From assembly GCA_965649265.1 (NCBI GenBank), contig CBFGKC010000013.1, positions 1 through 64,000 of the forward strand: a stretch of 64,000 bases of DNA, written 5' to 3'. The first letter of the stretch is position 1, and every line of letters starts with the position of its first letter. This DNA comes from a candidate division WOR-3 bacterium (lineage in GTDB: Bacteria > Hydrothermota > Tepidihabitantia > B3-TA06). This document shows, one piece after another, positions 56,401 through 64,000 of this stretch. A program made the translations under genes and the position numbers. The notes below the pieces were generated by a model. That model made no database searches. It saw only the letters and a list, made by a program, of their open reading frames with translations, and was not told where the DNA came from.

Positions 56401-59373
56401 ATCAAGAAGCGAGTACTAAAATCAGCTTTCCCGATTGCATTTCTCTTTTCAACGACCATTGGGAGCATTTCTGGTTTCGGCAGCACTCTCTCCGATTCAC
56501 TGGCTTTTAAAGCCGACAGCCTCCACGAAAAGGGTATATGTCTTATCAATTGCTACCAGTACGACAGTGCAGCCCTGTACCTGTCCGCCGAAGTTTTGCT
56601 CCGTGATTCTTTGAGTGATTCGCTCGGCCTTCTGGACGCCGTAAGCGCGTTGTCATGGGTGCTCATACTTTCGTCCCAGTACGATTCCGCCCTTACAGTG
56701 GCGGAAAGCGGTCTTTCGGTCGCCAAGGCAAAACCGGGAGAAAACGACACCCTTACCGCCAGGATTCACAGCCTTGTCGGTAAGGCCTATGCCGGACTTA
56801 ACAGATACGGGCCGGCAATGGATCACCTCAAAACCTCGCTTGTTATCCGTCTTGGTGCCCTGGGCGAGAGACACCGAAGGGTCGCGGACGCCTATTACGA
56901 CCTTGGCGTTTACGAATTCCAGTTCGCGCATTTCGACGAGGCACTCGAGAAGCTTTATTCCGCAGCCCGGATTTACACCGAATTCGACACCCTTGAAGCA
57001 GCGCGAAGCTGGCAGTGGATTGCCGCCGCATGGGGAGCCAAAGGCCGGCTTGCCATGATGGACACCGCTTCAGAGAAAAGTATCAATCTCGCATTGGAGT
57101 CGAGGGGTGATACCTCTCCTGAACTCATCTCCTTCTACGGCTTTGCCGGACAACTTTACGCAGGGCTCGGGTTCGAGGAGCAGGCGCGTTTATATCGGTC
57201 GAGAGCTTACGAACTCGCGGTTCAGGCGGGGGAGCCGTGGTGGTTCGCACTGGCTTCTTGTGATCTTGCCTCGACTTACCTTGAACTGGGTGAATTGGAA
57301 AAGGCCGACTCTCTCGCTTCAGGAGCGCTGGATATGTTCATTGAGGTTTTCGGGGAGGAGAGTCCTAGGGTATGGGCATACTACAGCCTTCTCGGCGAGA
57401 TAAAGCTTAAGAAAGGGAACACAGAGGAGGGACTCGAACTCATGACGAAAGCGGTCTCGAGACTCAGGGAACTTCCGGAAGGCGCTCATCCCCAGATGCT
57501 TGCTTCCTCTCTCGACGACCTGGCATCCGCGTACCGGCAATCTGGGAATTACGAGCAAGCCGTAATCTATTACGAAGAAGCCCTGGGGATTTGGGACCAA
57601 AGCCCTGTGGGGACCGGACTTGGAGCAGCCGAAACTATGGATGGACTTGGAATAACCTTTCTCGAATCCGGAGAGCCCATGAAGGCCGTCGGGTACTTGA
57701 AAACGAGTCTCGCGATTCACGAGAAAAACTCGGCCCTTGCACCTGTCGCCCTTGCCGAGAGTTACGCGCATCTTGCAAGAGCCGAGGCTGAGCTTGGAAA
57801 GCGGGATTCCGCACTGGAGGACGCAAGAAAAGCCGTCGAATTATTCGAAAAAAGCAGTCTGAGGATAGGAAGTCAGTACGTCAAGAGTTACGCCGCTATG
57901 CACAAGGAGATTTACGAGGAATACATCAACCTTCTCGTAAAAAAAGGCAGATTCGAGGAGGCATTTCAGGTCATCGAACGCTCAAAACTCAAACAGCTTC
58001 AGGTGTCACTTGAAGAGAAAAACTTGGCCCTGGGCGAAGATTCTCTGATGAACAAGATCAACGAAAGTCACGAACTCTCTCTCGAGGAAAGACTTCTTGC
58101 CGAGCAACTCCTGGAAGAACAGTCAAAGGACAGCACCGAGCAGGCCTCGGAAAGAATAGCCAATCTTTCAAGACTTCTTGCCGAAACTAAAGCCGAGTTT
58201 TTCAGGGTGGTGAGCGAGATAAAAACGGACCCGGATTACGCCTTTACGGTGACGGTCGATCCGGTACTTTTTGCGTCGCTGAGACAGGAACTGCCGCACG
58301 GGCAGAAACTCCTCATGACGTATCCTGCTGAGAACGAGTTGTACCTTTTCCTGGTTTCGGATTCGGGCTACGAGGCAAGATGCGTCGATATAACCAAGGA
58401 TTCGGTGTCCGCTCTCGTAAAAAAATGCAGGTACCTTTGCTTTGATAACGGCGTCAGGCTCATTCGAGAGAAGGAGATATCTCTCTGGAACTGGAACTCC
58501 TCAAGCGATTCTTTTTATATCACTGAAGTCAAACCTTTCAAGGACGTTTTGACGTGTTTGTACGATTTGATAATCCGTCCTTTTGAGGCGTCGCTCGCGG
58601 ACGCATCAATATTGACTTTTATCCCCTCCGGTGAACTCTACTACTTGCCTTACGGCGCACTGGCATTTGAGGAGGGTAATAGCCTTCACTTTTTGTGCGA
58701 AAGGATGAATCTTAACGTGCTTACTTCAGCTGAACTGCTCAAGTGCATTCAGAGAAGATCAACGGCGGTTTCAACAGCTCCGGATACCCTGTTGCTTGTC
58801 GGTGACCCCGAGGGGGTCAATCTGCCCGAGTCGGCAATCGAAACCCAAGCGATAGGAATTGCTTATCCTGGTTCAATCTTGCTTTCCGGAACGAGTGCAA
58901 CCGAGAGTGCGGTCACAGATTCTTGCAGTGATGCAAAAGTCTTGCATCTTGCCACGCACTGCCGTCTTAATCCCAAATCCCCGTGGGAATCCTACATTCA
59001 GCTCGCCCCGAGTGACGGCTCGGACGGGCGCTGGACTACTACTGAAATCTCGGGACAGGAATGGAAAAGAATGGAACTCGTCACTCTTTCGGCGTGCGAA
59101 ACGGCGGTGGGCGCCGACAGACCGGGGCTTGAATGGGAGAGTATGGCCAAGGCCTTTTCACTAGCGATGGAGGGGCCCCCCTCTATAGTTGCTACGCTCT
59201 GGCCGGTGTACGATCCTTCGACCAAGGATTTCATGGTCAGCTTTTACGACGCATTGAAGAATAATTCCAAGACCGAGGCATTGAGAAAGGCCCAGATCGA
59301 GTTCATTCGATCAAGTCATTATTCGCATCCGTTCTTCTGGGCACCGTTCATCCTGATTGGGGAGTGGAGATAG
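56401..59373 (+). CDS. TPR-repeat plus CHAT (caspase-like) protease, probably exported; probable ATC start
   Basis: TPR repeats; HLATH (His) and LSACET (Cys), VATLW.V.D, HPFFWAPFILIG; frame open upstream of the track start 56596 to ATC 56401 behind a strong SD. Confidence 0.85.
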   Translation: MKKRVLKSAFPIAFLFSTTIGSISGFGSTLSDSLAFKADSLHEKGICLINCYQYDSAALYLSAEVLLRDSLSDSLGLLDAVSALSWVLILSSQYDSALTVAESGLSVAKAKPGENDTLTARIHSLVGKAYAGLNRYGPAMDHLKTSLVIRLGALGERHRRVADAYYDLGVYEFQFAHFDEALEKLYSAARIYTEFDTLEAARSWQWIAAAWGAKGRLAMMDTASEKSINLALESRGDTSPELISFYGFAGQLYAGLGFEEQARLYRSRAYELAVQAGEPWWFALASCDLASTYLELGELEKADSLASGALDMFIEVFGEESPRVWAYYSLLGEIKLKKGNTEEGLELMTKAVSRLRELPEGAHPQMLASSLDDLASAYRQSGNYEQAVIYYEEALGIWDQSPVGTGLGAAETMDGLGITFLESGEPMKAVGYLKTSLAIHEKNSALAPVALAESYAHLARAEAELGKRDSALEDARKAVELFEKSSLRIGSQYVKSYAAMHKEIYEEYINLLVKKGRFEEAFQVIERSKLKQLQVSLEEKNLALGEDSLMNKINESHELSLEERLLAEQLLEEQSKDSTEQASERIANLSRLLAETKAEFFRVVSEIKTDPDYAFTVTVDPVLFASLRQELPHGQKLLMTYPAENELYLFLVSDSGYEARCVDITKDSVSALVKKCRYLCFDNGVRLIREKEISLWNWNSSSDSFYITEVKPFKDVLTCLYDLIIRPFEASLADASILTFIPSGELYYLPYGALAFEEGNSLHFLCERMNLNVLTSAELLKCIQRRSTAVSTAPDTLLLVGDPEGVNLPESAIETQAIGIAYPGSILLSGTSATESAVTDSCSDAKVLHLATHCRLNPKSPWESYIQLAPSDGSDGRWTTTEISGQEWKRMELVTLSACETAVGADRPGLEWESMAKAFSLAMEGPPSIVATLWPVYDPSTKDFMVSFYDALKNNSKTEALRKAQIEFIRSSHYSHPFFWAPFILIGEWR

Positions 59374-59486
59374 TTTCCGCAGCGGCTTGACAAAGCATCT
59401 GCAGGTAGTAGACTTGTTTGAGGCTGGGGCGTACGAGGCTGTGGTTTGAAAAGTACGAAAATCTACAAAACTGGAGGAGGTCATAT

Positions 59487-60476
59487 ATGACCAGGAAATA
59501 CCTTGTGATTGCCCTTCTGGCCAGCGCGTTTGCGTCTTTGCTTTCCGCACAAACCGACTACAAGATGCTCAGCATAACAGAGGACGGTACGTATTACAAG
59601 AACCGCCTTGACGTGACCGACTGGAAACCGGGCGAGGACTTCGTATATCTGCGTTCCTACTACATTCCATGGCAGGGTGAGGACAGCATGGATTACCAGA
59701 TAAGAATGGGAAACCTTAAAGTAAACGGCCAACTGGTTGGAGTCGACCTCGTCGAGAATCCGCTTCCCGACGCAGTGGACAAGTCCAGGATAGTTACTGT
59801 GCAGGTGGACCCAGTTCACCTGAAAGATCTATCGACCCTTCCCGGGGTGGTGGCCGTGAGTTTCGTGGGCGTGAAAGAGGCCGACCTTGCCAATCTTAAA
59901 GACATGGAGAACCTCAGGGCGCTTGATCTGGCCTACACCAAGATTACAGACGGCGCTCTCGCGTACATCTCGCCTTTGAGCAACCTGCGGGTTCTCAATC
60001 TCGCCAATACGCAAATATCGGATGCGGGTCTCAAGCATCTCTCAACCCTCACGAACCTGAAAGCGCTTGACCTTGAGAGCACTGATATCACGGATTCCGG
60101 CATTGAATATCTCAAGGATCTCAAGGAACTGCGTTCGCTCAATCTTTTTCACACAAAAGCCACCGGCGGTCTTGCGCTTCGCGGAGCTCCCGTAAGCGTT
60201 TCCGATCATGGCGCCAAGGTCATTTCAGGACTAGGCTCTCTGAGTGAATTAAATCTGCACGGAGCTTCGCTTACAGATGCCGGGATTGCGGAGATTGCCA
60301 AACTCGGCAACCTGAAAATTCTGAACCTCAGTGCCACCGGAATCACCGACGCGTCCGTCGAGAACCTTTCAAGGATGACGACGCTGCGGACGCTTGATCT
60401 TGAAGGCACGGATATTACACCGGTGGGTCTGCGAAAACTCCGCGCCGCCCTGCCCAACACGGTGATTAACTATTAG
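59487..60476 (+). CDS. Secreted leucine-rich repeat protein
   Basis: ATG 59487 after GGAGGAGG; signal peptide; about 7 L..L.L..T.ITD.GL..L repeats. Confidence 0.9.
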   Translation: MTRKYLVIALLASAFASLLSAQTDYKMLSITEDGTYYKNRLDVTDWKPGEDFVYLRSYYIPWQGEDSMDYQIRMGNLKVNGQLVGVDLVENPLPDAVDKSRIVTVQVDPVHLKDLSTLPGVVAVSFVGVKEADLANLKDMENLRALDLAYTKITDGALAYISPLSNLRVLNLANTQISDAGLKHLSTLTNLKALDLESTDITDSGIEYLKDLKELRSLNLFHTKATGGLALRGAPVSVSDHGAKVISGLGSLSELNLHGASLTDAGIAEIAKLGNLKILNLSATGITDASVENLSRMTTLRTLDLEGTDITPVGLRKLRAALPNTVINY

Positions 60477-60552
60477 TCTTCCTCTGACTTTGCGAGCACC
60501 GGCTCGGGAAGCGCGTTGACTGATTGGTAAGCTCTAGTATACTCCATCCCTG

Positions 60553-61299
60553 ATGAAGAGAGCAAGGATCGGAGACTGGATTACCTTCGGGTCCGGGGTT
60601 CTGGTAATAGGAGCCGTTGTCGCGTTTGTAATCTGGCAGTGGCCAAGTATCGTTCACATCTTTTCCAATCCCGACGATCTCAGGGAATACGTTAAATCCT
60701 TTGGATTCTGGGCCCCGTTTGCTTTCGTCGCCCTCTACGTTCTTCAAATAGTCGTTGCGCCTATCCCCGGCTCGATAATGAATTTTGCGGGCGGTCTCTT
60801 GTTCGGCTGGACCGGCGGGGTGCTCCTGTCATGGATAGCCTGTATTGTTGGCGCGTCGGTATCAATAGGCATAATGCGGGTTTTCGGTCGTTCGCTTATG
60901 CGGATATTCCTCTCGGATGAAAAGATAGACAAGTTCGATTCCTACGTTCGTACACGCGGCTGGGTTTATCTCTTTCTCATCTACCTCATCCCCAACCCTA
61001 TCGGAGACTCCGTAAACTACATGGCCGCGCTTTCGGGAATCAGGTTCTGGAAACTTCTCGTGATGGTTGCTATCGGCCGGCTGCCTTCTCTCATGATCGG
61101 CAGCCTTATCGGAACCCAGTCCATACGTTTTCAGACCATCCACTGGATTATTCTCGGGGTCGCGTTTGTGGTTTTGCTCGTGGGGGTATACCTGGTTCAC
61201 AAGCCGCTCGAAGCCCTGGCGATAAAGCTCTCGGCAAAGCTCTTTCCTCCCAGATCGCCTGAAATTAATTCCTCACAGATAAAAGAAGAAGATAAATAA
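60553..61299 (+). CDS. TVP38/TMEM64 (DedA/VTT domain) membrane protein
   Basis: FG.WAP..F..L..LQ.V.APIPG....AGG.LFG; LIP.P..D.VNY.A.LS. Confidence 0.9.
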   Translation: MKRARIGDWITFGSGVLVIGAVVAFVIWQWPSIVHIFSNPDDLREYVKSFGFWAPFAFVALYVLQIVVAPIPGSIMNFAGGLLFGWTGGVLLSWIACIVGASVSIGIMRVFGRSLMRIFLSDEKIDKFDSYVRTRGWVYLFLIYLIPNPIGDSVNYMAALSGIRFWKLLVMVAIGRLPSLMIGSLIGTQSIRFQTIHWIILGVAFVVLLVGVYLVHKPLEALAIKLSAKLFPPRSPEINSSQIKEEDK

Positions 61300-61406
61300 A
61301 ACCTTAAATCCACGATATCATTAAGTACCCATTGAAGATATAGGGATTGCGATCAATGCGAGGATATTATTCTTGACAACTTCTCTCAAAGCTCTATGCT
61401 TCGGGT

Positions 61407-62405
61407 ATGGACTACAAGAAATCGGGCGTAGACATAGGAACCCTTGATGCAATAAAGAAAAGGATGGGTAGGGCGGTCAAGGCCACATTCACGAGGGATG
61501 TAGTCACCGAGTTCGGGCACTTCGGGGGCGGTTTCAGGCTCAGGGGGTTCAAAAAACCAGTGCTCGTATCGTCGACCGACAGCGTTGGAACCAAGGTAAA
61601 GATAGCCTCAATGCTCGGGAATTACAGGACGGTGGGAGCCGACATCGTAGGACACTCTGTAAACGACGTTCTCTGTACCGGCGCGACACCGTTATTCTTT
61701 CTCGATTACGTCGCCTTCTCCACGCTCGAACCCGCGCACGTCGCGGAGATTGTTGAAGGCGTTGCAAAAGCGTGCAAGGGGGAGGGGATTGCTCTTGTAG
61801 CCGGCGAAACGGCACAGTTGCCTGACGTATACAAGCCGGGCGATTTTGACCTTGTGGGAACCATAGTGGGCGCACTGGAGGAAGGAAAGATAATCGACGG
61901 CTCGAAAATTCGTCCGGGTGATTCTGTCATAGGTCTTCGCTCATCCGGCCTGCACACCAACGGATACAGCCTAGCCCGAAAGATTCTCGTTGATTCAAAA
62001 AATGCGCCCGGGCTTGACTCTCTTGTACCAGGGTCGAGGATGACGGTCGGTAAAGCCCTTCTCGCGGTTCACAGGTCTTACCGGAAGGAGGTTGAGCGGG
62101 TCAAGCCCCTTCTGAAAGGCATCGCCCACATCACGGGCGGCGGCTTTGAGGGCAACATCTCCCGCCTGCTTCCAAAAAATGTGAACTGCCTCATTGAGCG
62201 TACGGCGTGGAAGCCCCTGCCGATATTCAAATTCATCGAGGATCTGGGTAAGGTTTCTCAAAGTGAGATGTACAGGGTCTTTAACATGGGGATAGGCATG
62301 GTCCTCGTCGTGAGGAAGAAGGATGAAGAGTTCGTTCTGAAGAAGACAGCCGGACTGAGAATAGGTGAGATCTCGAGGGGCACGGGAAAAGTCGAAATCT
62401 CATGA
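61407..62405 (+). CDS. purM: Phosphoribosylformylglycinamidine cyclo-ligase (AIR synthase)
   Basis: YKKSGVDI, STDSVGTK, PLFFLDY, GETA, SSGLHTNGYSLARK, AHITGGG, FNMGIG. Confidence 0.97.
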   Translation: MDYKKSGVDIGTLDAIKKRMGRAVKATFTRDVVTEFGHFGGGFRLRGFKKPVLVSSTDSVGTKVKIASMLGNYRTVGADIVGHSVNDVLCTGATPLFFLDYVAFSTLEPAHVAEIVEGVAKACKGEGIALVAGETAQLPDVYKPGDFDLVGTIVGALEEGKIIDGSKIRPGDSVIGLRSSGLHTNGYSLARKILVDSKNAPGLDSLVPGSRMTVGKALLAVHRSYRKEVERVKPLLKGIAHITGGGFEGNISRLLPKNVNCLIERTAWKPLPIFKFIEDLGKVSQSEMYRVFNMGIGMVLVVRKKDEEFVLKKTAGLRIGEISRGTGKVEIS

Positions 62406-62809
62406 ACGAAATCCAGTCGGGTCTGGCAAGGCTTGCCGCAGTAGCCGCCCGGGATCGGCGCTTCAAGGTTGAAGCGTACGTTTTCGTAATAGAGGCTTTG
62501 AATTTCGAGCTTTCGATACTCGGGATCAAGATCCCTTCAAAGCACCGTCATCTTACCGCAAAGGAGCTTCTTGAAGGCATCCGCGCACTCGGATGGGAAC
62601 GCTACGGCCGTCTTGCGAAGGATGTATTCGAGAGCTGGGGTGTGTACTCTACGCACGACTTCGGGGAGATAGTTTTCAATCTTATTGATGCCGGCGAATT
62701 CACCAAAACTGAAGAGGATCGCAGGGAGGATTTCGACGGCGTCTTCGATTTCGGTCACGATCTCGTTGAGACCTACCCTTTAGGGGATGCAAGAAAAGAT
62801 AAGGCTTGA
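62402..62809 (+). CDS. Minf_1886-like conserved protein
   Basis: EAY.FV.EAL...RH.T..ELLEGIR....G.LA..VF..WGV..T.DFGEIVFNLI. Confidence 0.75.
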   Translation: MNEIQSGLARLAAVAARDRRFKVEAYVFVIEALNFELSILGIKIPSKHRHLTAKELLEGIRALGWERYGRLAKDVFESWGVYSTHDFGEIVFNLIDAGEFTKTEEDRREDFDGVFDFGHDLVETYPLGDARKDKA

Positions 62810-64000
62810 ATTCGAAGGCCGCGGCGAAATTATCTCGAGGCTGGCGGGATACGAGCGCCGCAAGGGCCAGCTCGAGATGGCTCTCAGCGTGGCCCGGGCA
62901 CTGGAAGAGAAAAAGAATTTAATGGTCGAGGCCGGCACCGGCATCGGAAAAAGCTTCGCGTATCTTATCCCCTTGATTTACTGGACACTCAAAGAAGGCA
63001 AGAAAGCTGTAATAGCGACAGGAACGAAGGTATTACAGAACCAGCTGGCGGAGAAAGACCTTCCCTTCCTGGCAAAAGAGGGAGAGGTGAAATTAAAGTA
63101 CGAGGTTCTTTACGGGCAAGAAAACTTCTTCTGCAGGCGCAGGGCAGGCATGATTGCCCAGTACGGGCTTTTCGACGATCCGGCTGATGCGGCGGAACTC
63201 GAGCGCATCGCGCGCTGGGCGGCAGAGGAGAGCGGCATCTTCGAGGATTACCCCGAACAAATTTCTCCGAGGCTCAAGTCAGAGATAAGCAGACGCACCG
63301 AGGCGTGCCCACGTAAAAACTGCAGCTACTACAGCTCATGTCCTTTCTACCGAAAGCGCAGGGCGGCCGAAGAAGCCGACATCATCGTGATCAATCATCA
63401 CCTCTTCTTCGCGCATCTGGAGTCCGCCGGAAAGCTCCTGCCCGAGTTCGGTGCGGTAGTTTTCGACGAAGCTCATAGGCTTGAGCAGGTTGCTGCGTCG
63501 TACTCGGGAGTCAGGCTTTCCAACATCGGCCTTGCCATCCTTCTTGGACGCATCTACAACCCGAGAAAAAACATGGGGCTCCTCCCGAAGCTCGCGGATT
63601 TCAACTCTATAAAGACCAAGGTAAAAAGCCTCGTTGATGACGTAAAGATTTCGGCCGATGATTTTTTCGCGAACCTTGCAAATCTTCTGGGACCTTCGGA
63701 ACTCAAGAAAAGGATACGTACCCCCAACTGCGTGGAGAGCGAACTGGAGCAATCTCTTGACGCGCTCGCCGGGTTTCTTTTCGAGAAGGCGAGGGACGTG
63801 GATGACGAAGATTTCTCGTTTGAATTGACCTCGCTTGGCGACAGGGTCGCTGGGGCAAAGGGTGCAGTCGTGAGTTTCCTGGACACCGTTGATCCGAATT
63901 CCGTTTACTGGATAGAATCGGACAGGCAGTCGGACAGGATATCGATCAATTCGGAGCTCATAGACGTGTCCGAACTCATGGCGAACTCGGTGTGGAGCCA
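62787..64000 (+). CDS. dinG: DinG/YoaA family ATP-dependent helicase (5' part, runs off the window)
   Basis: Not in the ORF track; ATG 62787 MQEKIRLEF..GYERRKGQLEMA..MVEAGTGIGKSFAYL, LQNQL.EKD, Fe-S Cys residues, NHHLFF, FDEAH. Confidence 0.9.
   Translation, partial: MQEKIRLEFEGRGEIISRLAGYERRKGQLEMALSVARALEEKKNLMVEAGTGIGKSFAYLIPLIYWTLKEGKKAVIATGTKVLQNQLAEKDLPFLAKEGEVKLKYEVLYGQENFFCRRRAGMIAQYGLFDDPADAAELERIARWAAEESGIFEDYPEQISPRLKSEISRRTEACPRKNCSYYSSCPFYRKRRAAEEADIIVINHHLFFAHLESAGKLLPEFGAVVFDEAHRLEQVAASYSGVRLSNIGLAILLGRIYNPRKNMGLLPKLADFNSIKTKVKSLVDDVKISADDFFANLANLLGPSELKKRIRTPNCVESELEQSLDALAGFLFEKARDVDDEDFSFELTSLGDRVAGAKGAVVSFLDTVDPNSVYWIESDRQSDRISINSELIDVSELMANSVWS

Noticed and set aside
140-63886. 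Many overlapping or antisense ORFs in the track (e.g. 3509-4225, 10605-11285, 20617-21204, 27489-28175, 35864-36445, 50462-51256, 53509-54291, 63336-63886)
   Set aside because: Shadows of well-supported genes; no motifs or ribosome-binding sites

Overview
Bacterial chromosomal window from a diderm, probably anaerobic organism. It encodes lpxB, outer-membrane barrels and secreted proteins with FlgD/T9SS-like C-terminal tails; a WOR-3/FCB-related lineage is my inference, not a lookup. Housekeeping genes include recG, comM, rpiB, tRNA-Met, panB/folK/dNK/csp, a ROK kinase, a GlmU-like enzyme, purM and dinG. These are interleaved with at least seven tandem paralog arrays. No CRISPR, integrase, transposase or rRNA was seen. 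Main observations: (1) a secreted NlpC/P60 hydrolase preceded by three mosaic paralogous beta-propeller genes, a candidate effector/immunity array; (2) an SPT plus bacterial ceramide-synthase-like gene pair; (3) two genes that appear to start at non-canonical ATA/ATC codons behind good Shine-Dalgarno (SD) sites, one giving a signal peptide to a TPR-CHAT protease; (4) TTGACA promoters mostly with a 16-bp spacer, many apparently leaderless; (5) strong enrichment of the Bacteroidota O-glycosylation sequon in exported proteins; (6) DnaA boxes plus 11-bp and 10-bp direct-repeat arrays around tRNA-Met; (7) a five-flavodoxin array with a hypervariable loop. All family assignments come from motif recognition by eye and all counts are manual.
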